64,000 bases of DNA from a virus. Shown here piece by piece: positions 9,338 through 19,198 of the stretch. The stretch lies in IMG/VR virus record IMGVR_UViG_3300045988_085064, one strand, 5' to 3'. Positions within the stretch are counted from its first letter, which is position 1, and every line of letters begins with the position of its first letter. The translations under genes and the position numbers were made by a program. The notes beneath the pieces were generated by a model, which was given only the letters and a program-made list of their open reading frames with translations, was not told where the DNA came from and did not search any database.

Positions 9338-9633
9338 GTAAACCAGTTATGGAAAAATTTCTGAATGGAGAAAAGCTAACAGAAGAAGATCGCTCTAATT
9401 TAGCATGGGGTTTTCTTGATGATGAAGGATATGAATATGTAGACCAAATTGATGGCGCATCTGGTAGATGGACACAAGAGACGCAAACTGTGTTTAAATA
9501 TAATGGTGAATATTGGGCTATTGACTGGCGCTTTGGTTTAACTGAATATCAAGAAAATGAATATCCGTCAAATCCATATCGTGTTGAGCGTAAAGAACGT
9601 GTTGTTACTGTTGTGGATTGGGTGAGAGTATGA
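9334..9633 (+). CDS. Hypothetical protein
   Basis: 99-aa ORF with an ATGA overlap with the primase. Confidence 0.4.
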   Translation: MSKPVMEKFLNGEKLTEEDRSNLAWGFLDDEGYEYVDQIDGASGRWTQETQTVFKYNGEYWAIDWRFGLTEYQENEYPSNPYRVERKERVVTVVDWVRV

Positions 9634-9756
9634 GAGGCAAATGTAAGTATGCGCATGAATGCCGTTATCAGCGATATGTGGACGGAAAATAGCGCACTGT
9701 GGTTAGAACAGAATGTTGGGCTACCAAAGAGCCGTTTATAAGGAGGCTGATTTTTT

Positions 9757-11433
9757 ATTAAGATTCATCCACTACTTGGTTCCCTTAATGAAGCCACATT
9801 TTTAAGGGATTTACTTCATACCTACGGCATATCTGATATTGACGCATATCTAAATCCAGATAAGATTGAATATCAATCGCCCGATATGTATAAGAATATG
9901 GATGTGGCTGTGAATCTATTCAATCATACCAAAGGCTCTGTTGGTATTGTTATTGATAGTGATCTTGATGGAGCTTGTTCGGCGGCTATTGCCTATATGC
10001 TATGTATTGAGAACGGGCTAGAGGACATTCGTATTTATAGTCATGCTGGTAAAGAGCATGGGTTATCAGACCTAACAGGTCAAATCACCATTGATGAATT
10101 AGATTTGTTAATTGTGCCAGATGCCGGGTCGAACGATATATATCAATGTGAAGAACTGATGTGTATGGGTATTGATGTTATAATCTTAGACCATCACATC
10201 ATTGAGAAGTCAAATAAGTATGCTACAGTAGTCAATCCATATAATAGTGCTATTATTCGACCAATGCCAGATGACCAAATGGAGTCAATCGAACACAAAT
10301 ATTGGGGCGTTGGTGGCGATGTCACATACACTTGTAATGCCGACATCAGTGGCACAGGCGTTGTAGAAAAATTTGCTTGTGCACTTGGCTCTAAGCAATC
10401 TTTCAAAGACCTAGTAGCTGTTAGCCTAATCTCTGATATTTGCAATTTGCGCTCACTTGAGAATCGCAAATATGTATATGACGGATTGACTAATCCTACT
10501 AATCCATTTATCAAATACTGCCTAGAGCATTGTTGCAATCGCGGCGTTAATCCAGAGGGTGTGGCATTTGGGATAGCGCCTCTTGCTAATGCGCTTGCTC
10601 GTAGCGATGACCAGTCTACTAAGCGGCTATTCTTTGATGCGCTGATTGGCAAGATTGAGCCAGAAGCCGCAGTAAAGGCTATGAAAGCCGTAAAATCTAA
10701 GCAGGATTATCAAGTCAAGAAGGTCGTAGATAAGCTGTCTGATGGACTTGACACATCTCATAAGGTCATTATCGGCTTTGGTGAACCTGAGAATAAGTCC
10801 TATTTAGGGCTTGTAGCCAATAAATTCTGTGGAAAATACAATAAGCCGACATTCCTATTGAGAGAACTAAATAGCACAACATGGTCTGGCTCGATGCGTA
10901 GTCCTATTGATTTACTTGAGATTATCAATAAATCAGGATTGGCTAAATGTCAAGGACATGGCGCCGCAGCTGGCATAACCGTCAAGAAAAGCAACTTAAA
11001 GAGATTTGCACGATTCTTAGACGGGCTTGATTTGGACGTAGAGCCAGATATTGAGGTGGCGGCTCAGATCGCGCCTAATAATATCACACACAATCTTGCA
11101 AATCTGTGTGTAGAAAATAATATTCTATGGGGTCAAGGTGTACCGAAGCCGCTATTCCATCTAACCCTATCATCCCCTCAAATCTATATCTATCGTAATC
11201 GCTCAACTACTGTCAAGTTGATTCAGGATGATGTTGAGTTCATTAAATTCTTTGTTAGTAATGAAGAGGCAAGCCAATTTGAATCAGCTCAAGGTAAATC
11301 TATTGAGGTGGTAGTATCGCTTGGATTGAATGAATATAATGGACAGATTAAGCCACAAGCAATTATTGAGCTATATGAAATTATTGATAAACCAAATGAT
11401 AATGAAATTGATTGGGAGGTGATTTTCCACTAA
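9757..11433 (+). CDS. RecJ-like DHH-family ssDNA exonuclease (start codon unresolved)
   Basis: DSDLDGACSAA (DHH motif I), PDAGSND, LDHH, and a GHGAAAG DHHA1-like motif. The RecJ-like N-terminal segment IHPLLGSL..FLRDLL..YGI lies upstream of the first ATG (9886). The frame opens only at 9751 with no ATG/GTG/TTG, so ATT 9757 is used provisionally. Confidence 0.7.
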   Translation: MKIHPLLGSLNEATFLRDLLHTYGISDIDAYLNPDKIEYQSPDMYKNMDVAVNLFNHTKGSVGIVIDSDLDGACSAAIAYMLCIENGLEDIRIYSHAGKEHGLSDLTGQITIDELDLLIVPDAGSNDIYQCEELMCMGIDVIILDHHIIEKSNKYATVVNPYNSAIIRPMPDDQMESIEHKYWGVGGDVTYTCNADISGTGVVEKFACALGSKQSFKDLVAVSLISDICNLRSLENRKYVYDGLTNPTNPFIKYCLEHCCNRGVNPEGVAFGIAPLANALARSDDQSTKRLFFDALIGKIEPEAAVKAMKAVKSKQDYQVKKVVDKLSDGLDTSHKVIIGFGEPENKSYLGLVANKFCGKYNKPTFLLRELNSTTWSGSMRSPIDLLEIINKSGLAKCQGHGAAAGITVKKSNLKRFARFLDGLDLDVEPDIEVAAQIAPNNITHNLANLCVENNILWGQGVPKPLFHLTLSSPQIYIYRNRSTTVKLIQDDVEFIKFFVSNEEASQFESAQGKSIEVVVSLGLNEYNGQIKPQAIIELYEIIDKPNDNEIDWEVIFH

Positions 11434-11624
11434 TGTATATCGCAAAGAGGCACATCAAACAGGCCATCATGGAGAATGGTGGAAATGCCACATTTGACAA
11501 GATTGCTGATTGGACTGAATATGAGTGTATCAATCTGAATGCCCGTATCAATGAGATGGTAAATAATGGCGAGCTGGTCAGACGTGACAATAGATATTAT
11601 TTGAAAGGAGAAAGAAGAAATTGA
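11433..11624 (+). CDS. Hypothetical small protein
   Basis: TAATG overlap with the RecJ-like stop. 63 aa. Confidence 0.4.
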   Translation: MYIAKRHIKQAIMENGGNATFDKIADWTEYECINLNARINEMVNNGELVRRDNRYYLKGERRN

Positions 11625-11800
11625 GCAGAGCAGAAAGAAATCGTCGCAAACGGACTGAGCATCCCCTAAAATATGCTCCTATCAAATGTCCAAATTGCGG
11701 CTTAATGGTAGATGAAAAATATGTAGTTGACATAAATTCTACTTGTCCTATTTGTGGCAGAGAGCTATTTGCAGAGTTAAAGAAAATGATTGAAAAATAA
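11621..11800 (+). CDS. Hypothetical zinc-ribbon protein (59 aa)
   Basis: TTGA overlap start. Contains CPNCG...CPICG. Confidence 0.4.
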   Translation: MSRAERNRRKRTEHPLKYAPIKCPNCGLMVDEKYVVDINSTCPICGRELFAELKKMIEK

Positions 11801-11812
11801 TTAAAATAATGC

Positions 11813-11841
11813 TTGACAACCTCTTGTTACTATGATATACT
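11813..11841 (+). promoter_or_regulatory. Sigma70-type promoter (conserved promoter-leader cassette, copy B)
   Basis: TTGACA at 11813-11818, a 17-nt spacer, TGaTATACT ending at 11841. Confidence 0.55.
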
Positions 11842-11874
11842 TGATTTATCAAAGAACAGGAGGTTGTTTTAATT

Positions 11875-12066
11875 ATGAAACGGGTAAAAGGTTCTATCTA
11901 CGTCAGAGCATTAGGTGAATATAATTGGGAATTTTATGTACCAGACGATGCGACAGATGACGAAATTAGAGAACAAGTTGAAGAAATCTGTAACTATGAT
12001 ATTGACTATACTGTAGAAGAGGGATATGAAGAGTACACTGAAACGCGCTATAGAAAGAAGTGGTGA
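11875..12066 (+). CDS. Hypothetical acidic small protein
   Basis: 63-aa ORF 7 nt after AGGAGG. Confidence 0.45.
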   Translation: MKRVKGSIYVRALGEYNWEFYVPDDATDDEIREQVEEICNYDIDYTVEEGYEEYTETRYRKKW

Positions 12067-12069
12067 CAA

Positions 12070-12327
12070 ATGCAAGACGTATTAACCTATGAAGCATGGC
12101 TCGAGTCTGTATGTCATATCTGTAATAGCTTGCTGAAAGCGAATGTAAGCATCATTGGTAATGAATTTAAGGTGGTAGCAAGCAAATATAGATGGATTAC
12201 ATTCATTGATGTAGCGCATATTCGTTACGCATATAGTGTCGGATTTGAGCCGGCTTGGGGAGCAACTGAGCTGATGAAGCTGATTATTGATGAATGGGAC
12301 AAATTGCTGGTTGAGGAGGATGATTGA
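12070..12327 (+). CDS. Hypothetical protein
   Basis: 85-aa ORF, tightly packed. Confidence 0.4.
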   Translation: MQDVLTYEAWLESVCHICNSLLKANVSIIGNEFKVVASKYRWITFIDVAHIRYAYSVGFEPAWGATELMKLIIDEWDKLLVEEDD

Positions 12328-13054
12328 CATAAAATACGTTGGAAGCAAGAATCGCCTGAGCAAGTACATCGCGCCTATTATCCAGTCATATATTGATAAT
12401 ATGCCTGATTGCCGTGGTTATTTAGAGCCATTTGTTGGCGGCGCTAATATGATTGATAAAATTAAATGTCCATGTAAGATTGGTAACGATATTCATAAAT
12501 ATCTGATTGCATTGCTAAATCATGTATCAGAGACAACAGATGATTTTCCTGATACCATCACAGAAGAAGAATATAATGCTGTAAGAATCAATCCATCCAA
12601 TTATCCAGATTGGTATGTAGGGTTTGTTGGATTCTGTACGTTCGGCGCAAAATGGTTTGGCGGCTATCCAAGAAGCTTCAAAGCAGATGGCGTAACGCCA
12701 AGAGATATTGCCAATGAAGCTATCCGCAATATCAAGAAGCAAGCACCTAAGCTAAAAGGCACAATTTTTGTATGCGGCGATTTCTGGAAATTGAGTGCAA
12801 GCAATATGGTTATCTATTGTGACCCGCCTTACCGTGATACAACAAAATATGCAACAAGCGATTTTGACTATGATAAATTCTATGCTTGGTGTAAAGAGAT
12901 GGCTAAAACCAATATTGTATTGGTAAGTGAATACTGGATGCCAGAGGATGGATTTGAATGTATCTGGGAAGGTAAGTTGAAATGCACATTAGATAAATCA
13001 AGCCGCATAGATAAAACAGAAAAATTATATAGGTGTATTCCATGCAAACAGTAA
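12320..13054 (+). CDS. dam: Dam-type N6-adenine DNA methyltransferase (orphan)
   Basis: KYVGSKNRL N-terminus, FVGGANM SAM-binding motif, catalytic DPPY (YCDPPYRD). No adjacent endonuclease. Confidence 0.8.
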   Translation: MIDIKYVGSKNRLSKYIAPIIQSYIDNMPDCRGYLEPFVGGANMIDKIKCPCKIGNDIHKYLIALLNHVSETTDDFPDTITEEEYNAVRINPSNYPDWYVGFVGFCTFGAKWFGGYPRSFKADGVTPRDIANEAIRNIKKQAPKLKGTIFVCGDFWKLSASNMVIYCDPPYRDTTKYATSDFDYDKFYAWCKEMAKTNIVLVSEYWMPEDGFECIWEGKLKCTLDKSSRIDKTEKLYRCIPCKQ

Positions 13055-15210
13055 AATTAACCCCAATGCGCATGATATTCAATAATCCTGAATCCAATTT
13101 CTCGATTATATCATGCAGCACTAAGGACGAATCAATAGAAGCCCATCCTAAATATGGCACAATCAGTCTAAAAGGGACTGGAATTGCTGATCTAAAAATG
13201 GGGCAATCCATTGATTGTATCATAGAGACATGCGTGGATGACAAATATAAATATAGCTATAAATTCATTGGTTTTGCTGGATTTGTAGCTAAAGATGGTA
13301 AATTCAATCTAACAGAGAAAGCCGAATTACAGACACTACGCAGCTTAATGACCAATGGGCAAGCTGAATCATGCCATGTAGCATATCCTCATTTTGTTAG
13401 TATGGTGCTGAATGGCGAAGAAGCCAAGTTGGACTATAAAAAAATTAAAGGTGTAGGCAAGGTACTATTGCCAAGATATATTGCAAAAATCAAGACAATC
13501 AACAAGCGCGTTGAATTTATGGGCGAAACATATGCTTGGGGTATTGAGAATGATGAGGATATAAACAAAATCGCCGCGACATATAAAAATGTATATGAAT
13601 TTAGCAAGGATATAAACGCTAATCCATATGCCGTTATAATTAACTTGCTTGAATGGTCATTTGATAGAGTTGATAGAGCAATAATCAATAAAACAGCAAT
13701 TTGGTTGGATAGCTATGAACGATGTGAAGCGGCTACTATATATGCTCTAAAGCATAATGAGCTGGACGGCAATACAAGAATGCAAGCCAAGATGCTATTC
13801 AATATGGTTAAGCAGAAAACGCCTCAATGCGTTCATCATCTCCTCGATGTTGTGACGAAATCGGCGCAAGTACACTATGACGCGCCTAGCCAAAATACCG
13901 CCCTACAAGCCACATATAGCGCTGAAAAGCATATTGCTGATGTCATCAAGAAAAAAATAGCCAATCCACATTATTATCCTATGGATTGGCAGAAGTTTAC
14001 AAGTGTAGACGGCTTAGAGCTTACAGATGAACAAGCGCAGATTCTTGAAATGGCTTGTAAGCAAGATGTGATGATGCTGACTGGCTCGGCTGGCGTTGGA
14101 AAATCGGCTACAACTAAGGCAATCATTGAGATGCTAGAAGCCAATGATTATAGTTATACCCTGTTATCCCCGACCGGTATAGCTACAAAGAGACTAAGAG
14201 AAGCAACGGGTCGTAAAGCAAGCACCATTCATATGTTCTTGACTTGTGACGGCAATCTAGGCGATTATGTACTAATTGATGAGATGGGCATGGTTAGCGT
14301 TCATTTACTGTCAATGCTATTCGATAAAGTAACAGACCGTACCAAAATCATCTTTATAGCCGACCCATCTCAGCTTGCATCTATTGCTTGCGGCAACATT
14401 GTGGAGGATATGCTTGATAGCGGCATCGTGCCTGTTTGTAACTTGACTAAGGTATTCAGATACAACACATCTGGCATTATTACCATAGCTACTGATGTAC
14501 GAAATGGAGTAAATGAACACCTGACAGATACTTTCACAGATTATAAGTTCATTGAAACTGATACATTAGTAATCAATCAAATTGAACAAGAATATGCGTG
14601 GCTATTAGCAAATGGGTATAGTAAAGATGATGTGCTGATTCTATCGCCATTTAATAAGGGCGAAGTTGGCTCATTGGCTATCAATGCGGCGATTCAAGCC
14701 AAATTCAATCCAAATGAATTGAGTAAGGTTGGGCATACTGTTAATAATGTGCCTATTTATTTCAAAGTTGGCGATAAGGTAATTAACAAAAAGAATGAAT
14801 ATGCTATGCCGCTTGCTGATAATGACGATACGGCTTTTGTAGCCAATGGAGATATTGGCACAGTAATGGAGATTGTGCCTGATGGAAAAGAGCCATATAT
14901 GATTGTGCGATATGATTGCGGCGATTGCATAGTAGATAAGGCGCATATTAAGAATACGCTGTTGGCATATGCAATTTCTATTCATAGCTGCCAAGGTAGC
15001 CAAGCAAAGGCTGTAATTGTGGTGATTGATAGAAGCCATGTAAGGATGTTAAGTCGTAACTTGTGCTATACAGCGGTATCACGTGCACAAGAGCGGCTAA
15101 TATTGATTGGAGATGAAGTGGCTATTCAAGAGGGATTGAGAGTACAAGAGGAAATGGAAAGGAACACAGAATTATGTGAAATGTTACTTGACAAATCAAC
15201 CAAATCGTGA
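13033..15210 (+). CDS. RecD-like SF1 helicase / exodeoxyribonuclease V alpha-like
   Basis: Walker A LTGSAGVGKSATT, Walker B LIDEMGMV, C-terminal SIHSCQGSQ and YTAVSRA motifs. Confidence 0.7.
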   Translation: MYSMQTVKLTPMRMIFNNPESNFSIISCSTKDESIEAHPKYGTISLKGTGIADLKMGQSIDCIIETCVDDKYKYSYKFIGFAGFVAKDGKFNLTEKAELQTLRSLMTNGQAESCHVAYPHFVSMVLNGEEAKLDYKKIKGVGKVLLPRYIAKIKTINKRVEFMGETYAWGIENDEDINKIAATYKNVYEFSKDINANPYAVIINLLEWSFDRVDRAIINKTAIWLDSYERCEAATIYALKHNELDGNTRMQAKMLFNMVKQKTPQCVHHLLDVVTKSAQVHYDAPSQNTALQATYSAEKHIADVIKKKIANPHYYPMDWQKFTSVDGLELTDEQAQILEMACKQDVMMLTGSAGVGKSATTKAIIEMLEANDYSYTLLSPTGIATKRLREATGRKASTIHMFLTCDGNLGDYVLIDEMGMVSVHLLSMLFDKVTDRTKIIFIADPSQLASIACGNIVEDMLDSGIVPVCNLTKVFRYNTSGIITIATDVRNGVNEHLTDTFTDYKFIETDTLVINQIEQEYAWLLANGYSKDDVLILSPFNKGEVGSLAINAAIQAKFNPNELSKVGHTVNNVPIYFKVGDKVINKKNEYAMPLADNDDTAFVANGDIGTVMEIVPDGKEPYMIVRYDCGDCIVDKAHIKNTLLAYAISIHSCQGSQAKAVIVVIDRSHVRMLSRNLCYTAVSRAQERLILIGDEVAIQEGLRVQEEMERNTELCEMLLDKSTKS

Positions 15211-15216
15211 TAGTAT
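15188..15216 (+). promoter_or_regulatory. Sigma70-type promoter inside the 3' end of the helicase gene
   Basis: TTGACA at 15188-15193, a 17-nt spacer, TGaTAGTAT ending at 15216. Confidence 0.45.
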
Positions 15217-15238
15217 ATATGACAAGGAGGTAATGTAA

Positions 15239-15421
15239 TTGAAAGTAAACCAATTTTATGGCGAGGTATATGATTGTGTTATGCAATCACCTGGCTATAT
15301 TTTCGATCAATTTGTTCGCGTCCACATTGGCAATCTACTATATGATGTTGACCACATTGACACAGTAATTGATATGGATAGCAATAAGCCAAATATTGTT
15401 ATTCATGTTAAGGAGAAGTAA
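15239..15421 (+). CDS. Hypothetical small protein
   Basis: TTG start after AAGGAGG. 60 aa. Confidence 0.4.
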   Translation: MKVNQFYGEVYDCVMQSPGYIFDQFVRVHIGNLLYDVDHIDTVIDMDSNKPNIVIHVKEK

Positions 15422-15423
15422 AC

Positions 15424-15804
15424 ATGAAAATGAATAAAGAACAATTCAAGAAAATCATTGATACTTATTACGCTCAATCGCCGCCTACTAAATTTGTATT
15501 AGCAGTGGATTTTGACCATACACTATGTTACAGCTTATATCCGCTATGTGGTGAAGAAACGCCAATTGCAGCATTTATTCGCTCTGTACAGGATTTGGAC
15601 ATGATTATCATTATTGCCACTTGTCGCGAAGGACATGTCGCCGAATTTGCTAAAGAATGGCTAAATGCGCATAATATCCGTTGGGATTATTTCAATGAAA
15701 ATGACCCAGCAAGAATTGAGATATATAAGGATTGCCGCAAGATTTATTGCGATATGCTAATTGATGATACTGCGTATTGCTTTAATATGGATGATTTTGA
15801 ATAA
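15424..15804 (+). CDS. HAD-superfamily phosphatase-like (possible nucleotidase)
   Basis: DxDxT motif in LAVDFDHTLC. 126 aa. Sits beside the nucleotide-metabolism genes. Confidence 0.45.
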   Translation: MKMNKEQFKKIIDTYYAQSPPTKFVLAVDFDHTLCYSLYPLCGEETPIAAFIRSVQDLDMIIIIATCREGHVAEFAKEWLNAHNIRWDYFNENDPARIEIYKDCRKIYCDMLIDDTAYCFNMDDFE

Positions 15805-15819
15805 AAGGAGGACGATTTA

Positions 15820-18084
15820 TTGTTTGTTGAAGAGTGGCTAGGTAAAGAAAATCAGCTTGGTATTGACATCTGGAATAAGAAATATCAACGTAATAATGAA
15901 TCTTTTGAAGATTGGCTTGATCGTGTAAGTGGTGGCGATGCAGATGTAGCAGAGCTTATTGCTGATAAGAAATTCTTGTTTGGTGGGCGCATCTTGAGCA
16001 ATCGAGGTATTGATGATGAAAAGGTAACATATAGCAACTGTTATGTGATTGCGCCTCCAGAAGATAATATTGAGTCAATTTATGATACCGCTAAAAAGCT
16101 GGCTCGTACTTATAGTTATGGAGGAGGCTGCGGCATTGACATCAGTAAACTTGCTCCATGTGGTGCAAAGGTAAATAATCAAGCCAAATCAACATCAGGT
16201 GCAGTCAGCTTTATGGACACATTTGGTCAAGTAACAGAGCAGATTGGTCAGAATGGTAGACGTGGCGCATTGATGATTAGCATTGATTGTACCCATCCAG
16301 ACCTAGAAAAATTCATTACGGTCAAATCCGACTTGAATAAAGTAACATCTGCTAATATCTCAGTTCGCGTCACAGACCGTTTTATGGTAGCAGTCAAAAA
16401 TAATGAAGATTGGGAATTGTACTATAAGCGTAATGAAACAGGCGAAGAAATCAAAAAGACTGTAAAAGCACGAGATATTTTTGACCTGTTATGCCGTAAT
16501 AATTGGGATTATGCTGAACCGGGTATTCTCTATTGGGATAGAATTACCAACTGGAATTTGGTAAGTAATGATAAGGATTTTGAATATGCTGGTGTAAATC
16601 CATGCGCAGAAGAACCACTACCGGCAGGAGGCTCATGCCTACTTGGTGCAATCAATCTAGCTGCATTTGCCGATAACGGCAAGTTTGATTGGGATGATTT
16701 TAACAGAACTGTAAAGATTTCCGTTAGAGCATTGAATGATGTATTGGATGAAGGGCTTGAACGCCATCCGCTTGCTGAACAGCGCAAAACAGTAAGAGAT
16801 TGGCGGCAGATTGGGCTTGGAATCATGGGTTTAGCCGATATGCTAATCAAATTAGGTATTGAATACGGCTCTCCTGATTCTATTACTCTATGCGATGCTA
16901 TTGGCTATTCTATGGCTAGAAATGCCATTGTAGCTAGTGCTAGAGTAGCTAAGGATAAGGGATGCTATGATAGGTATAGTCAAGATACAGTAGTATCATC
17001 TCCATTCTTTACTGAACATATTAAAGAGGATGATTTTGAGTCAATTGACCTTATTCAAGTAAACGGGCTAAGAAATAGCCAGCTATTGACAATCGCGCCA
17101 ACTGGCTCTATTAGCACCATGATTGGTGTATCAGGCGGTATTGAGCCAATCTTTGCTAACTACTACGAACGTACTACAAAATCCCTGCATGGGCATGATG
17201 AGGTATATAAGGTATATACAGCAATTGTCAAGGAATATATGGATGCTCATGATATTAAAGACGAACTTGGGCTACCATCCTATTTTGTCACATCTGCGAC
17301 CATTCCCATTAAGCGGCGCATTGATATGCAGTCAGTATGGCAGAAACATATTGATGCGAGTATTAGCTCAACTGTTAATCTACCAAATGAGGCGACAGTA
17401 GATGATGTGAAAGACCTATATATGTATGCTTGGGAAAAGCATCTAAAGGGCATCACAGTATATCGTGCAGGATGTAAAAGAGCTGGGATTCTCAATGCTG
17501 ATACAAAGAAAGACGCTGAGCATAAGTTAGAATGTGCATCTACTATTCTCCCTCGCGGCTCAATCATCGAACCAAGTAATGACCTGATTGGCAAAAAGCG
17601 CAAAATCCAGACAGGATGTGGCTCACTTCATGTTCTAGCATTCTTTGACCCTATTGACGGTAATCTACAAGAGGTATATTTTAACAAAGGCTCGACAGGC
17701 GGATGCGCTAATTTTATGACAGGTCTAAGCCGAATGGTCAGCCTACTATGCCGTGCAGGTGTAGATATTATGACAATTAAAGACCAGCTTGATTCAACTG
17801 GGGTATGCCCATCATATGCTACTAGAAAGGCAACTCACCACGATACTAGTAAAGGCTCATGTTGTCCTATGGCTATTGGTAATGCTCTAATAGATATGTA
17901 TAATGAGATGCAAGCAGAACTAGATGATAAAGACGAGGAAGAAAAGCCAGCTAAGAAAATCGATATGAAGTCTAAAGTTGCCAAAGTAAAAGAAGCTCAG
18001 ACTTGTCCCGAATGTGGCGAACCTTTAGTATTTGAGGGAGGTTGCTGCACCTGTAAATCCTGTGGATATACAAAATGTGAATAA
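15820..18084 (+). CDS. nrdJ: Ribonucleotide reductase, class II (B12-dependent) type
   Basis: Active-site finger NPCAEEPLPAGGSCLLGAINL. 754 aa. C-terminal CPECG...CTCKSCG zinc ribbon. No NrdF-like partner gene nearby. Confidence 0.75.
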   Translation: MFVEEWLGKENQLGIDIWNKKYQRNNESFEDWLDRVSGGDADVAELIADKKFLFGGRILSNRGIDDEKVTYSNCYVIAPPEDNIESIYDTAKKLARTYSYGGGCGIDISKLAPCGAKVNNQAKSTSGAVSFMDTFGQVTEQIGQNGRRGALMISIDCTHPDLEKFITVKSDLNKVTSANISVRVTDRFMVAVKNNEDWELYYKRNETGEEIKKTVKARDIFDLLCRNNWDYAEPGILYWDRITNWNLVSNDKDFEYAGVNPCAEEPLPAGGSCLLGAINLAAFADNGKFDWDDFNRTVKISVRALNDVLDEGLERHPLAEQRKTVRDWRQIGLGIMGLADMLIKLGIEYGSPDSITLCDAIGYSMARNAIVASARVAKDKGCYDRYSQDTVVSSPFFTEHIKEDDFESIDLIQVNGLRNSQLLTIAPTGSISTMIGVSGGIEPIFANYYERTTKSLHGHDEVYKVYTAIVKEYMDAHDIKDELGLPSYFVTSATIPIKRRIDMQSVWQKHIDASISSTVNLPNEATVDDVKDLYMYAWEKHLKGITVYRAGCKRAGILNADTKKDAEHKLECASTILPRGSIIEPSNDLIGKKRKIQTGCGSLHVLAFFDPIDGNLQEVYFNKGSTGGCANFMTGLSRMVSLLCRAGVDIMTIKDQLDSTGVCPSYATRKATHHDTSKGSCCPMAIGNALIDMYNEMQAELDDKDEEEKPAKKIDMKSKVAKVKEAQTCPECGEPLVFEGGCCTCKSCGYTKCE

Positions 18085-18102
18085 GATAAGGAGTAAACTA
18101 AA

Positions 18103-18327
18103 ATGACAGAAAATCGTATCAATTTCTATCTAGGCAGACTAGGTAATGAGGACTGGATTTGTTCATGTGATGAACTAGACCTGATGGGCGAACCAAATAA
18201 GGACGATTTGGTATGGCTACCACTAGATGCGCCGGATGAAGAGCGTGAAATGTATGTGGTCATGCAGAAATATATCTCAGATGATGAACTTAGCTATTTC
18301 TGTAAACTATATAATTGGGAGGATTGA
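18103..18327 (+). CDS. Hypothetical protein
   Basis: 74-aa ORF after AAGGAG. Confidence 0.4.
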   Translation: MTENRINFYLGRLGNEDWICSCDELDLMGEPNKDDLVWLPLDAPDEEREMYVVMQKYISDDELSYFCKLYNWED

Positions 18328-18331
18328 GCGA

Positions 18332-18580
18332 ATGGAATTTCTGCTAAGATATTTTATTGATGATAGTGAAAGCTGTGAAGGGCATGAATGGTCATACACC
18401 CATGCCGCACGTATGATTATCCCTCGCATTGGTGAGCGCGTATGGGTCGATGATGACACTTGTGTAGAGGTTGATATGGTCACATATTATCCTAATCGCC
18501 ATGATGATGACAAGTTATATTTTGTGGATATTGAATGCCATGATATTACGGAGGAAAAATGTGATGAGGAGGACTACTAA
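18332..18580 (+). CDS. Hypothetical acidic protein
   Basis: ATG 18332 (MEFLLRYF...) chosen within the 18227 ORF to avoid overlap. Confidence 0.4.
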   Translation: MEFLLRYFIDDSESCEGHEWSYTHAARMIIPRIGERVWVDDDTCVEVDMVTYYPNRHDDDKLYFVDIECHDITEEKCDEEDY

Positions 18581-19198
18581 TTGCCTAATGTATCTAATGT
18601 TCGTGTATATGGACTAGATGAGGCGATTAGAGCAGCTAAGTACCCAAAGGCGGTTGAGCTTGACGGCTTGACCGCCGAGCTTACTAAGGGTATTAAGGCT
18701 TGCTTGAATTGCCCGACAGGTGAAGGACATGATAATGCTCTGAATGGAATTATCGTACAATTTGACCTTACATTCAGCCAGAAAGCATGGGTAGAATTGC
18801 AAAGATACCACTTCATTGATTTTGTTTCATCTTGCTCTACAATGCACAAGTTACAGAATATGAACCCCAGACTACAATGTAACCGTTATGTAGACCCAAG
18901 AACTATTAACATCCTACAAGAAAAGATTAACCGCTATAATTGGCTAGTTGCTATGAATAAGAAGCCAGAATATAACATCAGCTCAAATGAGCTAAAGCAA
19001 GCACGACTTGAGATGCTATATAATATCCCTAGCGGTTTTGAGCTTACAGCTGCAATGACCACAAATTATAGGCAACTCAAGACAATCTATCAGCAGAGAC
19101 GGCATCACGCCCTTCCTGACTGGCAGATGTTCTGTGACTTTTGCGAGACACTACCTCGATTTCTTGAACTGACACAAAAGGAGAAAAACAATGCTTAA
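18581..19198 (+). CDS. ThyX-like protein with a degenerate signature motif
   Basis: GHDNALNGIIVQFDLTFSQKAWVELQRYHFIDFVSSCS parallels the ThyX block GH.S.LEH..F.F.I.G.SR....QL.RHR..S...S.R. RHR is replaced by RYH and the serine/arginine positions are altered. 205 aa, next to dUTPase. Confidence 0.35.
   Translation: MPNVSNVRVYGLDEAIRAAKYPKAVELDGLTAELTKGIKACLNCPTGEGHDNALNGIIVQFDLTFSQKAWVELQRYHFIDFVSSCSTMHKLQNMNPRLQCNRYVDPRTINILQEKINRYNWLVAMNKKPEYNISSNELKQARLEMLYNIPSGFELTAAMTTNYRQLKTIYQQRRHHALPDWQMFCDFCETLPRFLELTQKEKNNA

Noticed and set aside
15820-18084. Inteins or introns in RNR, DnaB-like helicase, PolIII-alpha-like polymerase or terminase (common in SPbeta-like phages)
   Set aside because: These ORFs are continuous, of ordinary length, and their motifs are contiguous. 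No HNH or LAGLIDADG-type insert was seen.
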